From: Armatimonadota bacterium
GTDB lineage: Bacteria; Armatimonadota; Fimbriimonadia; Fimbriimonadales; Fimbriimonadaceae
Assembly: GCA_023392285.1 (NCBI GenBank)
Contig: JAEVZK010000091.1
Coordinates: 5,208 to 69,207, forward strand
DNA length: 64,000 nt
Direction of reading: 5' to 3'
Positions 1 through 8,633 of this stretch are shown one piece after another. Under the pieces are notes generated by a model, which ran no database searches, was not told where the DNA came from, and saw nothing but the letters and a program-made list of their open reading frames with translations. Both the position numbers and the translations under genes were made by a program. Numbering within the stretch: position 1 is the first letter of the stretch; each line of letters starts with the position of its first letter.

Positions 1-671
1 AGGGGAACATACCAAACGTAGTAGCGAATTGTCTCGGGCACAAGCAAGAGGGCAGCGACCGCACCCGCACTAAGCAGCCCAACGTAGAGGAACCTCCCCA
101 TCTTGAAGAGAAGGAACACGAGGAGGGGAAAGAGCAGGTAGAGCTGCCATTCGATAGCGATGCTCCACAGGACTCCGTTGAGCTTGTACATCCAATCCGC
201 GGAAAAATTGTGGACGAGGAAAACGTGAGCGAGCACATTTTCTTGCGTCACAGGAACGTACTGGCTGAAGGGCATCTGCCCCTGGTTGGGCGTGGTTACG
301 TAGAGCGACACCAGCACGGAGCAGATCAGCGTCGCGTAGTAAGGGGGCAAGATACGCTTGGCACGGCGAGCATAGAACTTGCCGTACTTGTGAATCCGTC
401 CGTCCCTCCCTCCAAAGAGCGACGTTTGCAGGCAGTAGCCCGAAAGCACGATGAACGCGGCCACGGCAAGGTGCCCGTACCAGAAGAAGGGAAAGATCTG
501 CTGCATCCACTCTGGCGCCTTGCTCTTCGTCCCTTCCAAATGGCTGGGGTCGATCATGGAAACAAAGTGCGTGAGCACCACGTACAGCGCGGCAATTCCC
601 CGCAAGCCTTCGATGAAGGCTAAGCGTTCGTGCAGGTTGGCGGAAGGCTTTTTGCCTTGACGACGCCGCAT
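1..671 (-). CDS. Acyltransferase family 3 (OafA/YrhL-like) membrane protein, partial; the C-terminus lies beyond the window start
   Basis: Hand translation of the minus strand from ATG (complement of 669-671) gives MRRRQGKKPSANLHERLAFIEGLRGIAALYVVLTHF...WYGHLAVAAFIVLSGYCL...AKRILPPYYATL...LWSIAIEWQLYLLFPLL. The frame stays open to position 1, so it has no stop in the window and is missing from the ORF track. The LRGIAAL..V..H and WS(L/I)..E.Q.Y motifs are typical of acyltransferase_3. Confidence 0.75.
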   Translation of the reverse strand, partial: MRRRQGKKPSANLHERLAFIEGLRGIAALYVVLTHFVSMIDPSHLEGTKSKAPEWMQQIFPFFWYGHLAVAAFIVLSGYCLQTSLFGGRDGRIHKYGKFYARRAKRILPPYYATLICSVLVSLYVTTPNQGQMPFSQYVPVTQENVLAHVFLVHNFSADWMYKLNGVLWSIAIEWQLYLLFPLLVFLLFKMGRFLYVGLLSAGAVAALLLVPETIRYYVWYVP

Positions 672-743
672 CCGTTTAATGATACTGCTCCACGTCTGCT
701 GGTGACGGCGAGTAAATTCGCCAAGTTATACGCAATTGGACGT

Positions 744-1706
744 ATGAGGAAACGAACTTGTACGTCATTCGTCAGAATTGCGATCGTGGGACTTCTACTT
801 TGCTTTGCCGCCGCTGCTGCCTTGCAGCAGTTTTCTCCCGGCCCCAACGACATCATCCAGTGGCGCACCTACAAGGACGGAGTGAATTCCCAAGCAAGGA
901 CACAGGCCATTGTCGAGATGAATTCGCTGGCCGAGTTCCAAAACTATGTTCGGCAGTACGCTCCCCAAGGCGTTGGCGATGGGCGGGACGTGGATTGGAA
1001 CAAGGAAGAACTCATCGCTGTTCATTGCGGCGAACGCCCATCGACCGGATACCGCGTCGTCGTCGAATCGATCAGCAAAGTCGACCCTCGACATGCACAG
1101 CTGACTTTTACGGAGCGAACTCCAATCAAAGGCGCTCGGCAGTCGCAGGCGACCACCTCTCCCTTTATGATCGTCCGCCTCAATCGCTTCGGTGGACTGC
1201 TGAAGTTTTCGGGCGGAAGCAGGGAGGATTCACTGCCCGGCGGGATCAAGATCATCGGTACTGGCGGATGGAATGGTGAATGCGATCCCTCTGATGAATT
1301 TAGGTTGCCATTCACCATCTTTGCTACCGGCAGCGGGTGTGATGTGATGTTGCCTTCCAACTACGTCATCAATTCGCACGATCAGTTCAATCTCTACCTG
1401 AGGAACTACCGGATGAAGGGGTTAGATGATAGCAGTATTGACTACTATCATGAGCGACTGGTGGCAATCCACCTGGGAACCAAGCTCAATTCAGCCGTCA
1501 GCATCATCGTGCAAAAGGCGGTTGTCACCACCAATAATTTCACCGAATTGACGATCTACGAAGTGATGCCGGAGGGACGAAATGCACTCTCACTCACTCG
1601 TCCGACGGGTCTTTACGTGATTGTGCGCATGCCCCGGGTGGGGCCGAATGTGGTGGTGACGAAAAAGCAGGTTCTCGAATCGCAAGTGCGCTCGATCGGC
1701 TACTAA
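744..1706 (+). CDS. Secreted protein with two PrcB-C-terminal-like domains
   Basis: ORF 630..1706; the likely start is ATG 744 (MRKRTCTSFVRIAIVGLLLCFAAAAALQ, signal/anchor-like). Two repeats resemble the PrcB_C pattern: LIAVHCGERPSTGYRVVVESI...SPFMIVRLNR and LVAIHLGTKLNSAVSIIVQ...GLYVIVRMPR. Confidence 0.55.
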   Translation: MRKRTCTSFVRIAIVGLLLCFAAAAALQQFSPGPNDIIQWRTYKDGVNSQARTQAIVEMNSLAEFQNYVRQYAPQGVGDGRDVDWNKEELIAVHCGERPSTGYRVVVESISKVDPRHAQLTFTERTPIKGARQSQATTSPFMIVRLNRFGGLLKFSGGSREDSLPGGIKIIGTGGWNGECDPSDEFRLPFTIFATGSGCDVMLPSNYVINSHDQFNLYLRNYRMKGLDDSSIDYYHERLVAIHLGTKLNSAVSIIVQKAVVTTNNFTELTIYEVMPEGRNALSLTRPTGLYVIVRMPRVGPNVVVTKKQVLESQVRSIGY

Positions 1707-2245
1707 CCCAGAAGTGCCCGGAACGCGACGACGGCCGCCGTCACATGGACGTTCATCGACCTTCCTTTGCCAAACATGGGCACGAAGACCGCTCCCGAAC
1801 AATGATTCATCACGGCCCCGTAGATGCCGCGAACCTCGTTCCCTAAAGCCAAGCAGACCTTGTCTGGCCACACAAATTGAGTGTAGTCCACCGCTCCTTC
1901 GGCTAGTTCAACTGCAATCAGTGTGTATCCCGCTGCAATGGCATCCAAGCACGCCTCCTCGTGTCGCACATGGTGCCGGAACGAGATGCGCCGATGGTGG
2001 CCCATCGAGGTGACGCTAATTTGCGGATCTGGCGGGACGGCGGATCGACCGCTCATGAAAATCTCCTTGACTCCACAGGCGTCGGCAACGCGAAACAGGC
2101 CGCCCACATTGTATGGGTCATCCCAGTCTTGTAGTAAGAAAGAAAGTTGGGGTCTACCTTCATAATTCTTGCGAACTTCTTGTTGAAGGGAGCGCACACC
2201 CGACTTGGATGCGATAGTCTTTACTGACCGCGACATAAACTTCAT
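1703..2245 (-). CDS. SpoU/TrmH-family RNA 2'-O-methyltransferase
   Basis: 180 aa with YNVGGLFRVADACGV, LALGNEVRGI and SMNVHVTAAVVAF, matching the SPOUT-class motifs. Confidence 0.8.
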   Translation of the reverse strand: MKFMSRSVKTIASKSGVRSLQQEVRKNYEGRPQLSFLLQDWDDPYNVGGLFRVADACGVKEIFMSGRSAVPPDPQISVTSMGHHRRISFRHHVRHEEACLDAIAAGYTLIAVELAEGAVDYTQFVWPDKVCLALGNEVRGIYGAVMNHCSGAVFVPMFGKGRSMNVHVTAAVVAFRALLG

Positions 2246-2255
2246 CTAATATGAC

Positions 2256-2281
2256 AAAAAAATGGTCGCCCAGGGGCGACC
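2256..2281 (-). terminator. Intrinsic-terminator-like hairpin (GGTCGCC-CAGG-GGCGACC) followed on the minus strand by A+T7
   Basis: 7-bp GC stem at 2264-2270/2275-2281. The A7 run at 2256-2262 reads as a U-tract on the minus strand. It lies only ~10 nt upstream of the SpoU-like start codon. Confidence 0.35.
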
Positions 2282-2368
2282 TTTATCTCGTATGAGCAAT
2301 GCGCGAACACAAATCACTGCGTTGCGCGTCATAAATGGAGTTGTCTAAGGGAATAGTATCACAAGACG

Positions 2369-2806
2369 ATGGGAACTATGAAAGATTTGGAACTTTCGAA
2401 GGGCGATTATGAGGCTCTCGCCTCTTTTAGGGCTGCTTTGCGCAAATTTGCACGCTTTTCCGAGGAGGCTGCGCGAGACTTGGGAATTACTCCGCAGCAG
2501 CACCAGGCAATGCTGGGAGTCATGGGACAGCAAGGTCGCGAATTTGCGTCGATCGCGGAGATTGCGGACTTTCTTCAACTGAAGCACCACACCGCCGTCG
2601 GTCTGATCGATCGATGCGTGGCTGCTGGACTTGTGGTGAGAGGTGACGATCCCACAGACCGGCGTCAAGTTCGAATCACCCTGACGAATCGAGGTCGAGC
2701 CATCCTCCAACAGCTCTCAGAGAAGAATCTGATGGAATTGCAAACCTTGCGAAGGTCGCTTAAGCTGAACGTTCTCGACCGAGTCAATCAAGAAGCAAGA
2801 AAGTAG
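2369..2806 (+). CDS. MarR-family transcriptional regulator
   Basis: 145 aa. Winged-HTH region IAEIADFLQLKHHTAVGLIDRCVAAGLVVRGDDPTDRRQVRITLTNRGRAIL is the typical MarR DxR wing. Confidence 0.85.
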   Translation: MGTMKDLELSKGDYEALASFRAALRKFARFSEEAARDLGITPQQHQAMLGVMGQQGREFASIAEIADFLQLKHHTAVGLIDRCVAAGLVVRGDDPTDRRQVRITLTNRGRAILQQLSEKNLMELQTLRRSLKLNVLDRVNQEARK

Positions 2807-4023
2807 TTCTCGTCCAAGTCTGAAACGGCTCTTCGGGCGAGAATAGCCTCTTCGAGCTTGTCGGAGATGAGGTCTTGTTTCTTCGTATCGTGCGTAAAGG
2901 CAAGACCCATCACGAGCGTGCCGCCGTTATCAGCATAGAGTTCGATAAACTCACCGGCGTCGACATCCCCCAGAAACTTGGCCGACTTTCCTCCCTGGGG
3001 ATCGCCTCGAAGCACGAACGCAAGGTCGAACATGTCCGAAAAGAAGTAAGCCACTTTGTCGTAATCGGAAACTTCGCCTGCCATATTCTTGCCAACCTGC
3101 TCCCCTTGCCAGGTCGCATTCATGTAGTGCTCCGCATGCCAGCGTTTCTCAGCGGTTTTGTCTAGAAAAGCCGCAATGTCCCCTGCCGCCCATATGTTGG
3201 GATCGGCCGTCCTCAGGGTTGAATCGGTCTTAATCGCGCCTTTCTCGTCCAAATCGAGTCCAGCCGCTTTAGCCAGCTCGGTGTTGAGCCGAACGCCGAT
3301 TCCCGCCACCACCGCATCGCACGGAATTTCGCTTCCGTCGTCCAGCTGGACAGCACGTACAGACCCGTCTCCAATGATCGAGGCAACTTTCGAATTCATG
3401 CGGAATTGAACGCCACGATCCGAAAAATATTTTTGAAGGAATTCTCCAGACTTCGGGCTTAAGAACTTCGCCCACGGGTGCTCTTCTTGTCCGATGACCG
3501 TCGCTCGCACTCCGACGCCATGCAGCCAGGATGCCACTTCCATTCCGATGTAGCCCGAGCCGATGAAGGCAAACGACTTCTCCTCTTGGGCAGCATCGCG
3601 GATTCGTACCGAGTCGTCGACGGTGCGCAGGTAGAAAATGTTCTTTAGGTCGGAGCCGGTAATGCGCAGATGATTGGGGGTCGAGCCGGTCGCCAGTAGG
3701 AGCTTTCCGTAACCGATTACCCGACCATCGCTCAGGGAGACCGTCTTCTGCTCCCGGTCGATGCTCACCGCCTCGACGCCTTTCATGAGAGCTACCTTGA
3801 ACTTCTCGAAGAAATCGTCTGGCTTGGATTCGACGTCTTCCGGGTCTGCGGGTTTGCCTTGTAGGAAGTTCTTGCTGAGAGGCGGCCGGTCATAAGGTTT
3901 TCGATTTTCTTTGGCGACGATTGCAATCGATCCGTGCGCATCGATCTCGCGAATCGATTGGGCGGCGTTTGCCGAGGTTCTGCCACCGCCGATGAGTAGG
4001 TAATCGTAATGCAATTTGTCCAC
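2788..4023 (-). CDS. FAD/NAD(P)-dependent pyridine nucleotide-disulfide oxidoreductase (ferredoxin-reductase/AIF-like)
   Basis: 411 aa. N-terminal dinucleotide fold YLLIGGGRTSANAA, second fold FIGSGYIGMEVAS, and the IWAAGDIA motif. Confidence 0.8.
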   Translation of the reverse strand: MDKLHYDYLLIGGGRTSANAAQSIREIDAHGSIAIVAKENRKPYDRPPLSKNFLQGKPADPEDVESKPDDFFEKFKVALMKGVEAVSIDREQKTVSLSDGRVIGYGKLLLATGSTPNHLRITGSDLKNIFYLRTVDDSVRIRDAAQEEKSFAFIGSGYIGMEVASWLHGVGVRATVIGQEEHPWAKFLSPKSGEFLQKYFSDRGVQFRMNSKVASIIGDGSVRAVQLDDGSEIPCDAVVAGIGVRLNTELAKAAGLDLDEKGAIKTDSTLRTADPNIWAAGDIAAFLDKTAEKRWHAEHYMNATWQGEQVGKNMAGEVSDYDKVAYFFSDMFDLAFVLRGDPQGGKSAKFLGDVDAGEFIELYADNGGTLVMGLAFTHDTKKQDLISDKLEEAILARRAVSDLDENYFLAS

Positions 4024-4031
4024 ACCCAGTT

Positions 4032-4487
4032 CTACTTCTGCTCGGCGCTGTGCGTAAGCAATTGCCTCACGTGGCGAATCAAATCTCCGTGGCGACTCTC
4101 GCTGAACTGAGTCTCGTGATCAGTTCGCACTTCGAGCGGGAAGCTCAATGGAGGAATGGTTCGCAGCGCTTCAGCCTCATCAGAGTAGCGTGGCCAAATG
4201 TGGGCGTGGAGAAATGGATCGAGGTTTCCGTAGATGGCGAAGTTCACCCGCACGCATTGGGTGGCCCGTTTCACCGCCTCCCCTGCTCGTGCCATGTCTC
4301 GCAGAAACTGCGCCTGTTGTTCGGGTTCGAGCGAGAGCAACTGGTCAACTTTTGGGAATGCCAGCAGTAGGCAATAGCCTCGCAAGAACTGATTTTCAGC
4401 CAGGCATAGGAAACCGGACTCTAATCGGCAGATTAGCGTCGGGTCCATACCGGACGCTAATCTGCTTAATCGTTCATCAGGGGTCAA
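4032..4487 (-). CDS. HIT-family (histidine triad-like) protein
   Basis: 151 aa with the histidine-triad-like LHAHIWPRY near the C-terminal third. Its start overlaps the stop of the upstream gene (ATGA). Confidence 0.55.
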   Translation of the reverse strand: MTPDERLSRLASGMDPTLICRLESGFLCLAENQFLRGYCLLLAFPKVDQLLSLEPEQQAQFLRDMARAGEAVKRATQCVRVNFAIYGNLDPFLHAHIWPRYSDEAEALRTIPPLSFPLEVRTDHETQFSESRHGDLIRHVRQLLTHSAEQK

Positions 4488-6025
4488 TGAACTGTTGCTT
4501 TAACCATATCGAGGTCGATGATTCCCTGGGGAGTGAAGCTGTCAAACTGCACTCGCGCTCGAATCGAACCGTCCGTCTTGATGTAGTTGCTTGCGGCTAC
4601 ATTGGCGAAAGTTACGGTGGAGTTCGTCGCATTCAGTTGCTGTGTGCCGAGCCGGTCAAATTGGCCAGTCGATTTGTTAAGCAGCATCAGCGTCGCCCGC
4701 ATCATAGAGGTCTGACCCTTGACCGTGATGTCCAGCAGATTCTTCACCTTGCTGGTGGTCTGATAGCCCAACTCGACAAAGGCGGAGCCCCGCACCAAGT
4801 GCATCGAATAGGTTATTCCGTCCGCCAAGCGAAGCGTCTTTACGGTGAATGTTCGAGCAGGAGGCGTGCTCGTTCGATAGGAAACGATCGGCGCGCCCAT
4901 GTTCTTCGCCTCACTGGGATCGACGACGAAGAACCCGTCATCGATGTCCGTTAAAATCACGTTGCCACTCGGATAGGCCGTATACAGCCCCCAGTCTCCG
5001 TCGTACGAAAAGTCATCTGGGCCGCCGTAGGTGTCGAAATAGCCCGTTTCAGACATGTGCAACGGATCGCTCGGATCGTAGATGCGAACTCCGCCGCGAT
5101 ACGCTGCTAGAACCAGGTACCCATCTTGCCATTTTGAGTTGTGGTCGATGATGCGAAGTGGATTGTGGAATGTCGTCGTTTCTACGGGATTCGCGAGGTT
5201 TTCGACATTGATGACGTGGGTGGTGCAATCCGGTTCGCTTCCCTGGTTCTCATCGAACTCGTCATTGATCAGAAAATACTTCTTGTCCGGAGTGAGCGTC
5301 CCGCTGTGACAGTAGGTGCCGTTCAGCAGATAGCGAGTTGAGCCAATGACCACGGGTGCGGCTTTATTGGTGACATCGAGGATGTACAGGCCATCCTGAC
5401 CGCAGCAAGCGAAGAGGATCTCCTTGCCAGCGTAAGGGCCGCTCGTGTAGTTCACGGGCAGACTGTCGTGGACGTACTTGGTTGTCCAGCGTCCGACTTC
5501 GACCGGGTCTGCAGGATTCGATGCGTCTAAGAAGACGCAACCACGGTTCGACCCGTTGAGGTAGAGCGTATTCGTCTGCGGATTGGCTTGGATTGTGTGA
5601 ACGGTCGAAAGGCCGTGACCCGAATAGGTGTTTACCAACGTGGCGGTACGAGTTGTATCCATCGCGCTCAGGTCGACGATCTGGACGCCTGATCCGGATT
5701 GGTCGCTGACCAGGTACGCATAGGTGCCCATGCAGACGTTCTCGTGCCACAGGCTGGTCGAACCCGGAATGAACTTCATCAACTCTGGAGCAGTGGGGTT
5801 CGTGATGTCATAAATCACCGCTCCCGTGCGAACCCCCATAACGCCATACTCGCGCCCATTAGGCGAAACCCAGCCTGATCCGCCCGCTCCGCTGGAAGGG
5901 GAACCGGGCATGCTGGAGAAGGGCACGTGAGCAAGCAGGCGAACCTTATTTGCGTCGTACTGGGCCATCGAAGCGCCGGCAAGAACGAGGCCGGACGTGA
6001 GCAGGGCTAATTTGGCAATGTTCAT
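4484..6025 (-). CDS. Secreted LVIVD-repeat / choice-of-anchor-B-like beta-propeller protein
   Basis: ORF 4484..6037. ATG at 6025 gives MNIAKLALLTSGLVLAGASMAQ (signal peptide). Repeated 'YAYLV...G.QIVDLS'-type blades (VIYDITNPTAP, LYILDVTNKAAP, VRIYDPSDP). The start is uncertain (TTG 6037, GTG 6028 or ATG 6025). Confidence 0.6.
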   Translation of the reverse strand: MNIAKLALLTSGLVLAGASMAQYDANKVRLLAHVPFSSMPGSPSSGAGGSGWVSPNGREYGVMGVRTGAVIYDITNPTAPELMKFIPGSTSLWHENVCMGTYAYLVSDQSGSGVQIVDLSAMDTTRTATLVNTYSGHGLSTVHTIQANPQTNTLYLNGSNRGCVFLDASNPADPVEVGRWTTKYVHDSLPVNYTSGPYAGKEILFACCGQDGLYILDVTNKAAPVVIGSTRYLLNGTYCHSGTLTPDKKYFLINDEFDENQGSEPDCTTHVINVENLANPVETTTFHNPLRIIDHNSKWQDGYLVLAAYRGGVRIYDPSDPLHMSETGYFDTYGGPDDFSYDGDWGLYTAYPSGNVILTDIDDGFFVVDPSEAKNMGAPIVSYRTSTPPARTFTVKTLRLADGITYSMHLVRGSAFVELGYQTTSKVKNLLDITVKGQTSMMRATLMLLNKSTGQFDRLGTQQLNATNSTVTFANVAASNYIKTDGSIRARVQFDSFTPQGIIDLDMVKATVH

Positions 6026-6154
6026 CACAGAATCCAAGGCAAAAATGCTTAGGCATCGATTTGAAAACCTAGCGCTTTATGATACGACGGAAAGTCGCTC
6101 TCTTGAAGTTCTAATACAGAAGCCGAATTATAGCTTGACGCTTGGGAGCCCGCT

Positions 6155-8050
6155 TTACTCCGGTTTTCCAGCCAACACTTCTTCGCCCATGATCTCTTTA
6201 ACGATGCTGTTCTGGTTGATTCGATATTTTCTGGCTTTCGGCTCCATGTAGCGCACGTCGATTGGCTCGAAGGCGAAGGTCGGCCCGGACGGAGCGTAAG
6301 TCGCCATCGTTGTCTTCAGCCAATGCAAGTCGTCGCGCTCTGGAGTGTCCATCTTGAAGTGCGCGCCCCGGCTTTCGTCGCGAATAATTGCGCCCCCAAC
6401 AATCGCCTTGGATTGCTCAACCATATTGATGACGGCGCGGGTGAATGGCACCGCCTGGTTGGTCCAGCCCGAATCATCGACCAAGGCGCATTGCCGCGCT
6501 CGTTGGCCAAGCTCCTCCAGCTTGTCCCGCGCTGCGAGCAGGTCACGCTGAGTGCGCCAAATGCCGCAGTTGTTCCACATCGTATCGGCGAGCTCCGCAT
6601 GAAGCCGGTAGGGGTTCTCGGAACCATTGCTCTGCTTCAGCGCCTGATATTCCGCGATCCGTTGAGCGGTGGCATCGGTGTAAAGTCCAGCTGATCCGCT
6701 GTCTGGCTGAGCTTGTCGTAGGTAGGCGCCAACCCCCTGTGCGGCAATCTCGCCGCCTACGAGGCAGGTGAGAAGGGCATTCGCTCCCAGGCGGTTTGCT
6801 CCGTGATATTGGTAGTCGCATTCCCCCGCTGCGAACACGCCGGGCACATTGGTCATCTGGTTCCGAGGTTCATCGACGTTCCACGAGCCGTCTGGATTCA
6901 GGTTGTAATCGACCCAGAGCCCGCCCATCGTATAGTGAACGGCCGGATAGATGCGCATCGGATTATCGATCGGATCCTCGCGCATGAATTTTTCGTAGAT
7001 TTCGAGGACGCCCTCGAGCTTGTCGTTGATCTGATCCCGAGTGTAGGGACCGCCTCGGCTTTGATGCAGCTGGGTGATGTCGAGGTAAACCTGTTGCTTG
7101 CCCTGGATGCCCTTTCCGATTCGGCAAACACAGTAGATGATGAACGAGACCAAGTCGCGCGAGAGAAGATTTTTGTAAACCGGGTCCAGTTCTTCACAGA
7201 CGTACCAGCGATCGGCTTCCGGAATGTCGGCGGCGCGACGCTGATCATAGGGATCGCGTGGAACCCAAACTCGACCGCCTTCGCCACGGACCGATTCGGA
7301 AATGAGGCGGCATTTGTCCTCGCCCGGAATCGCCGTGGGGTGAATCTGCACCATTTCCGGATTGCCGTAGGTGACTCCCTGCTGATAGCAAAGCGAAACC
7401 GCGGAGCCGCTGTTGATGATCGAGTTCGTGCTCTTGCCGAAGATGAGTCCGCAGCCGCCGGTCGCCATCACCACCGCATCCGTGGCGAACGACTGAATCT
7501 CCATCGTCCGAAGGTTTTGGCAGGTGAGACCCACGCAGACGCCCTTCGCGTCCTTGATCAAGCCGAGAAATTCCCAAGATTCGTACTTTTCGACGGCGTT
7601 CATCACTTCCCAGCGACGAACCTGCTCATCGAGGGCGTAAAGAAGCTGCTGTCCGGTAGTGGCGCCAGCGTAAGCAGTGCGATGCTTAAGGGTGCCGCCA
7701 AACCGCCGAAACGACAGCAGGCCCTCGCTGGTTCGGTTGAATGGCACTCCCATTCGATCGAGCAGGTAGATGAGTGCGGGAGCCCGCTCGGCCATACGCA
7801 TCACGGGAGGCTGGTGGTTGAGGAAGTCGCCCCCCATGACGGTGTCTTCGAAGTGCAGATAGGGAGAGTCGCCCTCTCCACGAATATTGACCGCTCCGTT
7901 GATTCCACCTTGAGCGCAAACCGAGTGCGAGCGTTTTACCGGAACGAGCGAAAAGAGCTTAACCTTATGTCCTTGTTCGGCGAGCTTCATCGTCGCCATC
8001 AAACCGGCCAACCCGCCGCCTACTACCGCGATTGTGCGCTGTCCTGCCAT
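6155..8050 (-). CDS. sdhA: Succinate dehydrogenase / fumarate reductase flavoprotein subunit
   Basis: 631 aa. N-terminal FAD fold AVVGGGLAGLMATMKL, the histidine motif RSHSVCAQGGING (covalent FAD), and HYTMGGLWVD. The family is clear, but no Fe-S or cytochrome b subunit gene is adjacent. Confidence 0.9.
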   Translation of the reverse strand: MAGQRTIAVVGGGLAGLMATMKLAEQGHKVKLFSLVPVKRSHSVCAQGGINGAVNIRGEGDSPYLHFEDTVMGGDFLNHQPPVMRMAERAPALIYLLDRMGVPFNRTSEGLLSFRRFGGTLKHRTAYAGATTGQQLLYALDEQVRRWEVMNAVEKYESWEFLGLIKDAKGVCVGLTCQNLRTMEIQSFATDAVVMATGGCGLIFGKSTNSIINSGSAVSLCYQQGVTYGNPEMVQIHPTAIPGEDKCRLISESVRGEGGRVWVPRDPYDQRRAADIPEADRWYVCEELDPVYKNLLSRDLVSFIIYCVCRIGKGIQGKQQVYLDITQLHQSRGGPYTRDQINDKLEGVLEIYEKFMREDPIDNPMRIYPAVHYTMGGLWVDYNLNPDGSWNVDEPRNQMTNVPGVFAAGECDYQYHGANRLGANALLTCLVGGEIAAQGVGAYLRQAQPDSGSAGLYTDATAQRIAEYQALKQSNGSENPYRLHAELADTMWNNCGIWRTQRDLLAARDKLEELGQRARQCALVDDSGWTNQAVPFTRAVINMVEQSKAIVGGAIIRDESRGAHFKMDTPERDDLHWLKTTMATYAPSGPTFAFEPIDVRYMEPKARKYRINQNSIVKEIMGEEVLAGKPE

Positions 8051-8157
8051 GTCATTCTATTCTGGCATCTTCTGCGAAGCGAACTCGAAAGATCGCGTCG
8101 GGAGCTGAATTGGACGACTCCGCTCCTTTGAAGGAAGGCTTGGCGGTGGTTGTTTGG

Positions 8158-8294
8158 TTCACGATGCCTCAGGATGGGAATTACTCGGTGCTGAGAATCA
8201 CCTTCAGCTAAGTCCTGAGGCTATCCGGAGAGCCTCAGGACTTGGGCTGCGACGAATCACATCCGCCAGCTTCCCCGGTCCTGAAGCATGAACA
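8158..8294. repeat. Palindromic intergenic element, copy 1 (slightly degenerate)
   Basis: ~137 bp, near-identical to 8367-8504. Terminal inverted repeats are ATGCCTCAGGATGGGAA and TTCCCCGGTCCTGAAGCAT. The internal perfect hairpin is AGTCCTGAGGCT-atccggag-AGCCTCAGGACT, plus CTCGGTGCTGAG. Confidence 0.85.
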
Positions 8295-8366
8295 GGGACT
8301 CCCGTCATATCGCGAGCGCTGCCGCATCATGCGAATGAACCTGTTATCAGCCTCATAATCCCCTTC

Positions 8367-8504
8367 TTCACGATGCCTCAGGACGGGAGTTACTCAGTGC
8401 TGAGAATCACCTTCAGCTAAGTCTTGGGGCTATCCGGAAAAGCCTCAGGACTTGGGTTGCGACGAATCACATCCGCGCGCTTTTCCCGTCCTGAGGCATG
8501 AACA
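8367..8504. repeat. Palindromic intergenic element, copy 2 (intact)
   Basis: 16-bp perfect terminal inverted repeat ATGCCTCAGGACGGGA / TCCCGTCCTGAGGCAT. Internal hairpins are CTCAGTGCTGAG and (A)GTCTTGGGGCT...AGCCTCAGGACT. It starts 209 bp after copy 1. Confidence 0.85.
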
Positions 8505-8633
8505 CTATCTGTTGTCACTTGACAAGGGAGGAAATTGCGCTCCAGAAACTCCCCTCCATCGAACGAGGCCAAGAGGCTGTTCCCAGCGGCGACCAATGAC
8601 CGTCACCACAAATGCTCCGGCGGTAGGCGTGAA

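Noticed and set aside
70-623. ORFs 70..510 (-) and 210..623 (+) from the track
   Set aside because: A different minus-strand frame gives a convincing acyltransferase-3 N-terminus from ATG 671 that stays open to position 1. The listed ORFs are off-frame shadows.
8158-8504. CRISPR array, tRNA or riboswitch interpretation of the repeated element
   Set aside because: There are only two copies of ~137 bp, each internally palindromic. There is no cloverleaf, and I could not match any riboswitch consensus from memory. The element is kept as an unclassified repeat.
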